Source: an uncultured Erysipelotrichaceae bacterium (lineage in GTDB: Bacteria > Bacillota_I > Bacilli_A > RFN20 > CAG-826). Taken from it: a stretch of DNA of 64,000 nt. Shown in pieces: positions 18,157-27,202 of this stretch. Under the pieces are notes generated by a model. The model was not told the DNA's origin. It made no database searches and saw nothing but the letters and a program-made list of their open reading frames with translations. The position numbers were made by a program, and so were the translations under genes. Location: NCBI GenBank assembly GCA_902787955.1, contig CADAIJ010000006.1:8922-72921 (forward strand), read 5' to 3'. Position 1 is the first letter of the stretch. Each line of letters begins with the position of its first letter.

Positions 18157-18981
18157 TTAATAATTTGTAATTATGACTTCTTCAACTTTGCCTCTTCCAT
18201 CACCCTTGGAGTTGATGTTTCTCCTTGCTGTGACAACGTGAATATTGAAGTCCTTGTATAATTCATTAATGAATTCCGTATTGGCGTTGCTTGCCATAAC
18301 ATAAACGCCTTTATCAGATAATTCTTTGAACACATCTCTTAATCGAGTTTGTTCATCTTTACCAAATCCACCTTTGGTGTAGTCTGTAAAGGATTGTTTT
18401 CCGACAACGTCGTAAGGAGGATCAAAATAAACGAAATCTCCTGCTTTTGCTGTTTTTACAGCCTCAGCAAAATCTTTACTATTGATAATTGGTTTTCTTT
18501 TCAAGAAATACTTATGCACTTCTTGAATATTATCCTCATCAAAACAGTTTATCTTATCCTTTCCGTTAAAAGGGACGTTGAATTGTCCAGAACCATTGAC
18601 TCTATATAATCCGTTAAAGCAAGCTTTATTTAAATATATACATCTAGCTGCTTTTACATAACTCGGCTCGGAAGAATATGATTTCTTTTTATCCATATCC
18701 CTAACCTTGTAATAGTATTCTTCAGAATGGTTCACTTCGTGTTCTTTACAGAGGCCATACATCTTTTTAAATAGTCTTTTACTACGTAAACATCTATAAA
18801 TACAAATAAGTTCTTTGTTAGAATCGTTGATGGAAGCATGTATAGGTTCTAATTCTAATAGTAGTGCACCTCCACCGACAAACGGTTCGAAATATGTTTT
18901 AAATTTCTTTGGCTTGTGTTCTAAAAGCTTGTCCATAATTTGACGCTTGCCACCAGCCCATTTGACTAAAGGATTTGACAT
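18157..18981 (-). CDS. Dam/DpnM-family adenine methyltransferase
   Basis: KWAGGK, EPFVGGG, FNGLYRVN, DPPY. Confidence 0.93.
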   Translation of the reverse strand: MSNPLVKWAGGKRQIMDKLLEHKPKKFKTYFEPFVGGGALLLELEPIHASINDSNKELICIYRCLRSKRLFKKMYGLCKEHEVNHSEEYYYKVRDMDKKKSYSSEPSYVKAARCIYLNKACFNGLYRVNGSGQFNVPFNGKDKINCFDEDNIQEVHKYFLKRKPIINSKDFAEAVKTAKAGDFVYFDPPYDVVGKQSFTDYTKGGFGKDEQTRLRDVFKELSDKGVYVMASNANTEFINELYKDFNIHVVTARRNINSKGDGRGKVEEVIITNY

Positions 18982-19072
18982 AATTACCTCCGTTTATCGA
19001 TAAATGATCGTCTTAAATATTCTATCAAATATCGTTGCCTATTGATATTGTTTTATAAAAATAAAAAAAGAA

Positions 19073-19759
19073 TCATAGTGGTCTATGACCTTCTAATAAT
19101 TCTTTCTTATACTTGTAATAGGTTTTCCTGCTACATTTACATAATTTGATTACATCAACATCAGATAATGAGCCACCAAAAGTGCGTGAATAACGCAAAA
19201 TGGTTTCTTTATCTATAATTGATTGTTTGTGAACAAGCGGTGTGTTTTTTCTATGCCCCAGTGTACGATTGTTGAGTCTCGCAGTTATCAAGCCTTCCTT
19301 TGTTCGCTGATGGAGGTCATCGACCTCTTTTTGGGCGACCTCAAAGGCTAATGATATCTGTTCTCTCGCTAATTCCATAAGGTATTTATTTATACCCTCT
19401 AAAATATAATCAACACTGGTATTAGTTAATGGAATAGCTCTGTCTTTTGCGGTTTTGTAAGTAGTGGTATTTATCTGTGGCTCTTTCAAAAATATGAGGT
19501 CTATATTCTTTGAATATAATTCTTCATATAATTTAAAGCCATCATCAGCATTACGAGACATACGAGAAACACTATCGAAAACGACAGTGTCTCCCGACGT
19601 TAACCTACACAATAATTTATTAAAATTAGGTCTATCTAACTTAGTTCCTGTATAGGCTTCTTGAATTATATATGCCTCTGGATATGCTGATTTTATATTT
19701 CTTATCTGTCTTTCTATGCTCTGATGTTTAGTAGATATTCTCGCATATCCGTATATCAT
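19073..19759 (-). CDS. Serine recombinase (resolvase family)
   Basis: YGYARIST..Q, SVSRMSRN, C-terminal HTH-like SRKTYYKY. Confidence 0.9.
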   Translation of the reverse strand: MIYGYARISTKHQSIERQIRNIKSAYPEAYIIQEAYTGTKLDRPNFNKLLCRLTSGDTVVFDSVSRMSRNADDGFKLYEELYSKNIDLIFLKEPQINTTTYKTAKDRAIPLTNTSVDYILEGINKYLMELAREQISLAFEVAQKEVDDLHQRTKEGLITARLNNRTLGHRKNTPLVHKQSIIDKETILRYSRTFGGSLSDVDVIKLCKCSRKTYYKYKKELLEGHRPL

Positions 19760-19881
19760 TTTTCGTTATCTCCACCGAGGTCAAATAGTGGAAAAATAGA
19801 CCATCGTCTGATTTACCATCGTATTTGCCAGTAAAAATATATCAAAAATGTAGTATAATAAACGATACGTTAATTTTACTA

Positions 19882-20157
19882 TTAGGAAATACTAAATTTC
19901 TTACTTGGGATTTGCTTTAAAAACATAGCATAGAGTTCTTCATACTTGGCTTTGAACTTGGATTTATCAAAGACGGAGGTCAATACGTCTTTATATCTCA
20001 CAATATGTTCACCAACTGCTAATTCTTCTACATTTCTCGCTTCCATTTCCTCTTTTATTCTATTTTTGAGGTTTTCAGCGACTAATTGTTGTTGTTTGAT
20101 TTCTGCGTCCAATTCTAAAAAATCATGGACAAGGATATTTAATTCTGGAATGCTCAT
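19882..20157 (-). CDS. Small coiled-coil hypothetical protein
   Basis: 91 aa, GGAGG RBS; resembles the C-terminal part of YqaJ-type phage proteins (FDKSKFK..Y.ELY..F). Confidence 0.6.
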   Translation of the reverse strand: MSIPELNILVHDFLELDAEIKQQQLVAENLKNRIKEEMEARNVEELAVGEHIVRYKDVLTSVFDKSKFKAKYEELYAMFLKQIPSKKFSIS

Positions 20158-20441
20158 CGATTTCTTCCTCCTTTATGATTTCGATTATTTCCGTGAGTGA
20201 TTTCAAAACAACCTTTATGGTTATTTAATAGGTTAAGTAATTGCTGGTTTTGTACGATAGTCATCTTTTCGCCTCTTGCGTTTTCTAGATGAATCTTCGT
20301 AGTGACCTGTGCCGCTACGTTCCTACCACGAGTGAATTTTGGAACGATTGAAGCTGGCACGCTTATATTGGGCTGTCTATATGATTGAACAGGATACCCT
20401 CGCCCATTAGGTCTCCTTGTTATTGGATAATTCTTTTTCAT
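20154..20441 (-). CDS. Hypothetical basic protein
   Basis: 95-aa ORF with ATGA overlap to the next gene. Confidence 0.5.
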   Translation of the reverse strand: MKKNYPITRRPNGRGYPVQSYRQPNISVPASIVPKFTRGRNVAAQVTTKIHLENARGEKMTIVQNQQLLNLLNNHKGCFEITHGNNRNHKGGRNR

Positions 20442-20477
20442 AGTAGTGGTGCTTACTAAATAGTAAAAAAGGACAAG

Positions 20478-20900
20478 CTATGCTTGTCTTCTTTTCAATT
20501 GTCTTGGTTGCTTATATGGATCTAAAAGTCTGTAAGCTTTGAGCCTTGTGTCCATTGGGACAAAAACCGTATCATCGTCGCTTGCTGCTGCTTCAACGAT
20601 TTTCATCAAGGTATCTCGCTCGCTTCCTTCCATCATAAAAACTATTTCATAGTTCTTTGCTATAACTTCTTTGAATGCTTCATAAGTGCTTGTCTTTTCT
20701 ATAAAGACATCTCGCTCATCGTAATCAAATTTATAGCCGTTTCTAGAGATGTAACTCTCATCTTCTAGGAATTGCCTTATGTAGTGTCCTAAACTGTCTA
20801 ATTCAGCCGTTTTAGACACGTACACAGCGGTTTTTACCTTACGATTAGGTCTATCCTTTAGAAACATCAATAATCTATCAACGCATGGACTAGTAAGCAT
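20478..20900 (-). CDS. Hypothetical protein, possibly a degenerate resolvase-like domain
   Basis: GGAGG RBS; KTAVYVSKT...VFIE pattern. Confidence 0.55.
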   Translation of the reverse strand: MLTSPCVDRLLMFLKDRPNRKVKTAVYVSKTAELDSLGHYIRQFLEDESYISRNGYKFDYDERDVFIEKTSTYEAFKEVIAKNYEIVFMMEGSERDTLMKIVEAAASDDDTVFVPMDTRLKAYRLLDPYKQPRQLKRRQA

Positions 20901-20911
20901 ATTTCTTCCTC

Positions 20912-21643
20912 CTAGAATATATCTTCCTTCTTGTTTACAAGAATGGCACCGTCTCTTATTAGCTCATTATTTAGCGAGCCACAGAGACCTTTTTCTGGCA
21001 TGACGAATAATTCCTTACCAGCACCTAATAAATGGTCTATAAGTAGGCATAAACGTGTATTATTCTTCTTTGAAGAAGTAATCAATGCCTTATCGCTTAA
21101 GAACGCTATAATTCTGGTCTTGGCAAGCTGAGTTTCGTCTATTTCACCGCTTGTAAATCCGTATTCGGAAATTACACAGCCGTGATTGACAGCATATAAA
21201 AAGACCTCATCATCGAGGTCAGATTCATCAATAGCTTCATTCAGGACAAGAATGAGCGGTTGATTGTTCTTCATTACTATTTGTAATGCTTCTCGTTCAA
21301 TGGCACTGTCGTCTCCATTGATTATGATGTGGCTATCACTAAGTTCGTTGATTAGCTTTGCTAATTCGCTATTCCCTTTATCTGAGCCACAAATAACCAT
21401 TATGTTATCCTTATTTAATAAGGATAGGTCTCCTTCCCAGAATAAGCAAAATGGTGGTTTAAAGCTTTGCTTTAATTTTGTTGGATAATCTGGATCAACT
21501 AATGTAGTAACGTGATGATATTGATTAATATCAACATCTTCTTCAGGATAATTTGCTCTATTCTGAATATCGTGATACATTTTGTCCCAGTTACCATTAT
21601 TTTTCTTATTTAGAAAAATTAGAATGTTTCGTGCTGATAACAT
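20912..21643 (-). CDS. DprA/Smf-like protein (divergent)
   Basis: DPDYP.KLKQ..KPPFCLFWEGDLSLL, VISEY, RIIAFLS, NELIRDGA. Confidence 0.8.
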   Translation of the reverse strand: MLSARNILIFLNKKNNGNWDKMYHDIQNRANYPEEDVDINQYHHVTTLVDPDYPTKLKQSFKPPFCLFWEGDLSLLNKDNIMVICGSDKGNSELAKLINELSDSHIIINGDDSAIEREALQIVMKNNQPLILVLNEAIDESDLDDEVFLYAVNHGCVISEYGFTSGEIDETQLAKTRIIAFLSDKALITSSKKNNTRLCLLIDHLLGAGKELFVMPEKGLCGSLNNELIRDGAILVNKKEDIF

Positions 21644-21717
21644 ATACTATCTCCTTTATTACTAAAGTAATAATATACATTTTCACTTTTGTGTTTGGCA
21701 AATGATATAATTGTGGT

Positions 21718-22302
21718 ATGGATTTTAGTGAATTTGATACCCCAATTCCAAATAGCCAACTTATTAAGTGGATACGCTTACCTCGTTTTGAAGCTGAATT
21801 AAAAGAACTAGGAGTAAGCTTTGCTTATGCTGACGATACAATGCTTGAAGCAGGTCTAGTAGTTGGTGGTGAAAAGGGAGTCTATGAACAATACGCTCTA
21901 GAGGTTTATAACCTTTGTAAAAGCGATTTAGCTTTAGCTAATCACGATTTATATGAAAGATTTCTAAAATTAGTTCCATACATTAATGATCCAAGAAAAT
22001 TTAATGGTGAATACCATTATAAGGGTGAAGGCACTTATGATGATTTTCAAAATTCTCCTAAGAAAAAACAAATGCTAACTGAATTAGGAGATTTTGCATA
22101 TCATTTCGGTACTTATGTTTTTGATGCATTTGGTATTCCTTATGGATTTATTTCATACGTGTGGAATAAAGATTTTTACAGATTAAGACTTAGTTATACT
22201 GATTTCAATACAGAGAAGAATTGTTTAAGTGAAGAAATTATATTTTACTTATTAGTAAAAACTGATGAAATAATGAGTTCATATGGTTTTTATCTGAAAT
22301 AA
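21718..22302 (+). CDS. Hypothetical protein
   Basis: 194-aa ORF with TGnTATAAT 6 nt upstream of the ATG. Confidence 0.65.
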   Translation: MDFSEFDTPIPNSQLIKWIRLPRFEAELKELGVSFAYADDTMLEAGLVVGGEKGVYEQYALEVYNLCKSDLALANHDLYERFLKLVPYINDPRKFNGEYHYKGEGTYDDFQNSPKKKQMLTELGDFAYHFGTYVFDAFGIPYGFISYVWNKDFYRLRLSYTDFNTEKNCLSEEIIFYLLVKTDEIMSSYGFYLK

Positions 22303-22744
22303 TCTCGCGTGTGCGTATGTACACGCGATTTTATATTTGTTTTAAAATTTGTAATATTTGTTTAATTATTTTTAAATAATTATGATATTTGTTTTTATTA
22401 TTTCTATTATTATCTTAATTATTATTAATAATTAGTTATAATTATCAAAAATAGAGGAAGATAACAAAGAAAAAGAGACGGAAATAGAAAGAACCAGGTA
22501 AGAAAGAAAATTAGACACGGCGTCCCGTTTCCTTCTTTGGAAACTAAAGGAAGAAAAGCGGAGAACGTCGGATATCAATATTCATCGTCATATAATTTGT
22601 TGTTACTAGTGTTAATGTCAATTTTTTATTAAAAATAAAATATCTATAATTAAGTATAAAAAAGTATAAAAAAAGTTTTGGTTGAGATTTACCCCTCTAT
22701 ATTTTTTATATAGAATATAACTCGGATTGTTAATCCAGAGACAT

Positions 22745-22778
22745 AAAAAAACACCCCAATGGATCAGATTGGAGTGTT
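22745..22778 (-). terminator. Terminator downstream of the island-borne tRNA-Gly
   Basis: AACACTCCAAT-7nt-ATTGGGGTGTT plus T run on the - strand. Confidence 0.7.
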
Positions 22779-22818
22779 ATTACAGTTGCAACGAATAGGG
22801 TTACAACTTTCTCACAAA

Positions 22819-22892
22819 TGGAGCAGGCGACGAGAATCGAACTCGCGTAGTCTGCTTGGAAGGCAGATGTACTACCATTGTACTACGCCTGC
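22819..22892 (-). tRNA. tRNA-Gly(TCC), intact, inside the island
   Basis: GCAGGCG...TCTGC-CTTCCAA-GCAGA...GTTCGATT...CGCCTGC-TCCA, 74 nt. Confidence 0.95.
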
Positions 22893-22947
22893 ATATAAGG
22901 ATAAACCTTATATACCTTATGGTTTGTGCTTAGCAGTTTAGTTTTCT

Positions 22948-23021
22948 TTAGCGGTTGACCGGGAATCGGACCCGTATAATTAGCTTGGAAGGCTAATGTT
23001 CTACCACTGAACTACATCTGC
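22948..23021 (-). pseudogene. Disrupted host tRNA-Gly(TCC): intact 5' part fused to a degenerate 3' end (att site)
   Basis: D and anticodon arms are perfect; T-loop reads TCCGATT, acceptor stem mismatched, no CCA. Confidence 0.85.
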
Positions 23022-23024
23022 AAG

Positions 23025-23101
23025 TGGCGGACCGTAGGGGATTCGAACCCCTGATCTCCTCCGTGACAGGGAGGCATGCAAGGCCACTACACCAACGGTC
23101 C
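23025..23101 (-). tRNA. tRNA-Asp(GTC)
   Basis: GGACCGT...CCTCC-CTGTCAC-GGAGG...GTTCGAATC...ACGGTCC-GCCA. Confidence 0.96.
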
Positions 23102-23114
23102 GCGAACGAATAAA

Positions 23115-23142
23115 ATAATATCATAACTTTGTTAGGTTGCAA
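23115..23142 (-). promoter_or_regulatory. SigA-type promoter of the tRNA-Asp/Gly operon
   Basis: TTGCAA-16nt-TATTAT with extended TG. Confidence 0.6.
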
Positions 23143-23185
23143 ACAAAAATTAAATAGTATTATTATTCGGGAGTTTTAAGATTAA

Positions 23186-23485
23186 TTAAGCAATGAATTG
23201 TTTTAGTGCTTCAAGTGGCATATAAGTAGATTCTCTTTTAACTAATTCGCCACCTTTAAATAACATTAATGTTGGGATGGTCATAATTCTAAATTTACGA
23301 GCGATATCTCCTAATTCATCAACGTTAATCTTAATGATTTTAAGACCTGTTTCTTTTTCTAAAGCTTCAAGTTCTGGGGCAAGCATTTTGCATGGACCAC
23401 ACCAATCAGCATAGAAATCGACTAAAACTAAATCTCCTTGTATTTCTTTTTCAAAATCTTGACTGTTTTCTAAATGTAAAATCAT
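23186..23485 (-). CDS. trxA: Thioredoxin
   Basis: DFYADWCGPCK. Confidence 0.95.
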   Translation of the reverse strand: MILHLENSQDFEKEIQGDLVLVDFYADWCGPCKMLAPELEALEKETGLKIIKINVDELGDIARKFRIMTIPTLMLFKGGELVKRESTYMPLEALKQFIA

Positions 23486-23497
23486 ATTTGTTTCCTC

Positions 23498-24391
23498 CTA
23501 CAACCCAAATATTAAATAAAAAATTCCAAAAAGTATAATGATATGCACCGGAAAGTATAAATAACTTCCGTATTGAAACCATTTTGCGTTATATCCTCTT
23601 TTACCGTTATAAAATAAAATTGGTAAAAAAGCTGTTATCATCCAGGTCTGAATACTTGATTGATAGATATCTAGTGGGGCAATATTCCCGTTTTTAATTA
23701 TTCCTGAGAAAAACACTAATAAGGTGACAATAACAATAACACCAATCGATAACATGTTTGATATTGTTTGTTGATACATCTTTGAATCGTTATTATCTTC
23801 TGAATTATTATCGACATAGATATATTTTTCACTGAGCTTTTTAGCAAAATAGAATCCCACTCCAAGAAGAAGTCCAATAAGTGAATAATCACATCTTAGA
23901 TAGAATGGTAACCAATGAATTGTAACATTGAGGTTATTTCTACTATAAACATCGACTACAAAACATAAAATAATATAGGCGGCAGGTAAGATAGCTAACC
24001 AACTTAGTTTATCTTTTCGGTTTATAAAATAAATAGTTAACGCTATAAAGACTAAATCAATAAACGGAGAGCTAAAACTACTTATTGATGAATCGTATAA
24101 ATAGAATGCTAAAATTTGGAAAATCATTATCACTAAAGCAATGATTCCAATACGCAAAAGATATTTCCAAAAGTTCTTCGTATGAATAACACCTTCCACA
24201 ATTAAAAAGACAATAAGTGGGAAAGTTATTCGACCTATTTTAGAGAAGATATCACCTAATTGAAAAGCGAGGTCAGGATCAGGCATTTTTCCTGCAAAAA
24301 CATATAGGATCTTGCCTAAATGATCAATTGTCATGAAAAAATAGGCAATGATTTTAAGCCAGAATCCATTAAGTTTTAAAAGTCTATTCAT
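23498..24391 (-). CDS. TraX-family membrane protein
   Basis: LKIIA...MTIDH, IGRITFP, EG..HTKN, YNGKRG, YLYFPVH. Confidence 0.85.
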   Translation of the reverse strand: MNRLLKLNGFWLKIIAYFFMTIDHLGKILYVFAGKMPDPDLAFQLGDIFSKIGRITFPLIVFLIVEGVIHTKNFWKYLLRIGIIALVIMIFQILAFYLYDSSISSFSSPFIDLVFIALTIYFINRKDKLSWLAILPAAYIILCFVVDVYSRNNLNVTIHWLPFYLRCDYSLIGLLLGVGFYFAKKLSEKYIYVDNNSEDNNDSKMYQQTISNMLSIGVIVIVTLLVFFSGIIKNGNIAPLDIYQSSIQTWMITAFLPILFYNGKRGYNAKWFQYGSYLYFPVHIIILFGIFYLIFGL

Positions 24392-25238
24392 GAGGTATAA
24401 ATGTTAAGCTTATAGAAAGTAAATTATTTAAAGTATGCGCAGTAATTGATGAAGCAAGACCGAACTTATCGTATAAGAACGAGAAGGTAAATCCAGCGAA
24501 CGCATATAATGGTAGATTAAGTAATTCATTAATCACTTTAGCAAAATAGTCTGGATCACTAAAATTAAATAAAGCGCTAAAATCAAAATGAATTAAAGCA
24601 AAAACTAAAATAACTAATAAATAAGGTAGCCATTTATTAATTCTTCTTAAGATACTAAATAAGCCAACACGATATGTTAATTCTTCACAAATTGGGCCAA
24701 CTAAACCAAAGATTAATATAGAAAGAACTGGATACATTCCAATAATCGTATTGATGCTACTTTCATTGGTGTTGTCTACAATCTTAATCTTTAAAATAGT
24801 TAGAGTTAAATTATAGATAAAGTTAAAGCCAAAGATAGCGATTAAACCAATTAAACCTGCAACATATGGAACCCATTTTGCAAATGATTTAAATAGTTTA
24901 GGAATATCAACATTAATCGTTCCTAATAAAGCACAAATCAAAACACCATAAGAAACAAAATTAATTATAGCGGTAAAACGAAGCATCTCCTCTGCTGGAG
25001 TGTCTTTATTAATTCCTAATGCCAGAATTAAAATAACTTGAATAACAAAACTAACAAGTTGAAAACCAATAGATCCACCGATAGTTAAAAATAATTGTTT
25101 AAGCCAATGAAGTGGAACAATGTTTTTATATTCCTTTAAATCATCGTCTTTATTTACTTCTCCACACTTTGGACAAGTTTCTAATAAAGGGTCATATTTA
25201 CCCTTGCAGTATTCGCATGTTTTTATAAATTTTGCCAT
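24384..25238 (-). CDS. CPBP/CAAX-family intramembrane metalloprotease with Zn ribbon
   Basis: PICEELTYR, FALIH, AHTLNN; start moved to MAKFIKTC. Confidence 0.85.
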   Translation of the reverse strand: MAKFIKTCEYCKGKYDPLLETCPKCGEVNKDDDLKEYKNIVPLHWLKQLFLTIGGSIGFQLVSFVIQVILILALGINKDTPAEEMLRFTAIINFVSYGVLICALLGTINVDIPKLFKSFAKWVPYVAGLIGLIAIFGFNFIYNLTLTILKIKIVDNTNESSINTIIGMYPVLSILIFGLVGPICEELTYRVGLFSILRRINKWLPYLLVILVFALIHFDFSALFNFSDPDYFAKVINELLNLPLYAFAGFTFSFLYDKFGLASSITAHTLNNLLSISLTFIPHE

Positions 25239-25284
25239 GAAGTAATTATACAAGTAATCAAAAAATATGTATAATAATTTCGCT

Positions 25285-25887
25285 ATGCGAACAATTTTAG
25301 AAAGAAATGAAACAACCCTCATTCGTGACCGTTCATCTTTTATCGGTATTTTAATCCACGTTACGAATAAGGATTTTGTAAAAGATCTTCTAAATGAAAT
25401 TCGTAAAGAATACCCAAAAGCTAAACACTATTGCTATGCCTATATTATCGGCCAAGATAAGAAGTGCTCTGATGATGGAGAACCTGCTAAAACCGCGGGT
25501 AGACCATTACTTGAACTTCTTGAAAAGAAAGAAATGGATGAATGCCTTCTTGTCGTAGTTAGATATTTTGGTGGAGTCCTTTTAGGAGCGTCTCGCCTCA
25601 TGTCTACTTATCTAGAAAGTGGGGTACAAACTCTCGATTCCGCGGACATTGTTTCAATAAAACAAAAGTATGTCTATCATATGGAATTATCTTACCGAGA
25701 TTTTGAAGCCTTAAAAAGAATTGCAAATCACTTATCATATGGCTTGGAAAATATAAATTATGGGACTAAAATTAGTGTCGATGTTTTGTTAGATAGTTCT
25801 GATACTGAAGAACTTGTTAACAAATTCCCTAATGCTTCAATTGAAGTTTATGGACAAAAGAAAGTGTATAAGAGGGATTATCAATGA
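25285..25887 (+). CDS. YigZ/IMPACT family protein
   Basis: HYCYAY, SDDGEP..TAGRP, VVRYFGG.LLG. Confidence 0.9.
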   Translation: MRTILERNETTLIRDRSSFIGILIHVTNKDFVKDLLNEIRKEYPKAKHYCYAYIIGQDKKCSDDGEPAKTAGRPLLELLEKKEMDECLLVVVRYFGGVLLGASRLMSTYLESGVQTLDSADIVSIKQKYVYHMELSYRDFEALKRIANHLSYGLENINYGTKISVDVLLDSSDTEELVNKFPNASIEVYGQKKVYKRDYQ

Positions 25888-27149
25888 TTAGTGCAAATGA
25901 ATATAAAGAACGTAGAGAAAGACTACTAGACAAACTTGATGAAGGTACTTTAGTCATTCTTTTCGCTGGAGCCGCACGTAAATCAAGCGCGGACGCAACT
26001 TATGATTTTGAAGTTAACCGTAACTTCTATTATTTAACCGGTATCGATCAAGAAAACTCCATATTAATGCTCGTTCGTGGTTTCTCAGAAAACCATGTCA
26101 TCTTATTTATTGATGAAAAAGACGAAAGAAAAGAAAAATGGACTGGTTTAAAACTTCCAATTGACGAAGCAGTCAATATCTCCGGTATTGAAGATGTTTT
26201 ATTAACTTCTTCATATGAAGGAAAACTTGAAGTTATCTTAAATAAAGAAAATGGTATTTACGGCTTAATTAAAACAGTCTGCTTAGATTTAGAAAAAGAA
26301 CTTAAGATAGCGGAATGTAAATCCACAAACGAATATGCCACTGAATTAGGTTTAAGATTCCCACATATTAAAGTTTTTGATATCTACCGTGATATCGCTA
26401 ACTTAAGAATGGTTAAATCTCCTGAAGAAATTGAATTAATTAAAGATGCGATTAGAACAACTGAAGTTGGTTTAAATAATGTCTTAAAAACCATGGAAGT
26501 TGGTAAATATGAATACAATCTTCGTAACATGTTTGAATTTACTGTCGCCGAAGATATGCAAGCTAAATTAGCTTTCCCAACAATCGTGGCATCTGGTAAA
26601 AACGGTATTATTCTCCATTATCCAAACGCTCATAGTTTACTCAATAATCACGAATTAGTTTTAATGGATTGTGGGGCTCGTAAATCTTATTACTGTGCCG
26701 ATATTTCCCGCACATACCCAATCAATGGGACTTTTAGTGAGAAACAAAAAGAGATTTATGAAATCGTTTTAGCCTGTAATAAGTTAACCGCTAACTTCAT
26801 TAGACCAGGGGTTACAATTCAAGAAGTTAAAGACTTTGCTAAAAACTTCCTCGCGGATGAATGTCTCGCTCATGGTTTAATCGAAAAGAAGGAAAATATT
26901 ATTAAAGTTTATTATCATGGTTGCTCTCACCATTTAGGTTTAGACACCCATGATGTTTCTGATACTTTAGCTAAACCACTTGAACCAGGAAATATTATTA
27001 CTGATGAACCAGGTTTATACTTTAAAGAATTTGGTATTGGTATTCGTATCGAAGATGATATCTTAGTTACTGAAACTGGATCTGAATGTTTATCTAAAGA
27101 TATCATTAAAGAAGTTGAAGATATCGAAAGAATCCTTCAATCTAGATAA
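25884..27149 (+). CDS. pepP: Xaa-Pro aminopeptidase
   Basis: NFYYLTG, LHY, DISRT, HHLGLDTHD, EPGLY, GIRIEDD. Confidence 0.92.
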   Translation: MISANEYKERRERLLDKLDEGTLVILFAGAARKSSADATYDFEVNRNFYYLTGIDQENSILMLVRGFSENHVILFIDEKDERKEKWTGLKLPIDEAVNISGIEDVLLTSSYEGKLEVILNKENGIYGLIKTVCLDLEKELKIAECKSTNEYATELGLRFPHIKVFDIYRDIANLRMVKSPEEIELIKDAIRTTEVGLNNVLKTMEVGKYEYNLRNMFEFTVAEDMQAKLAFPTIVASGKNGIILHYPNAHSLLNNHELVLMDCGARKSYYCADISRTYPINGTFSEKQKEIYEIVLACNKLTANFIRPGVTIQEVKDFAKNFLADECLAHGLIEKKENIIKVYYHGCSHHLGLDTHDVSDTLAKPLEPGNIITDEPGLYFKEFGIGIRIEDDILVTETGSECLSKDIIKEVEDIERILQSR

Positions 27150-27163
27150 TCAAATTTATAAAG

Positions 27164-27188
27164 AAAAGACTGGCACGCCAGTCTTTTT
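27164..27188. terminator. Bidirectional terminator
   Basis: AAAAGACTGG-cacg-CCAGTCTTTTT. Confidence 0.85.
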
Positions 27189-27202
27189 AATTACTGAAGT
27201 AA

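Larger units (their letters stand above)
15571..22979. mobile_element. 7.4-kb restriction-modification island integrated in tRNA-Gly
   Basis: Flanked by the two parts of a tRNA-Gly; integrase, resolvase and R-M genes inside. Confidence 0.88.

Noticed and set aside
22759-22941. 60-aa ORF
   Set aside because: Antisense to tRNA-Gly and its terminator
23498-24391. TraX as a sign of a conjugative element
   Set aside because: Sits among housekeeping genes outside the att site; stand-alone TraX-family genes are common
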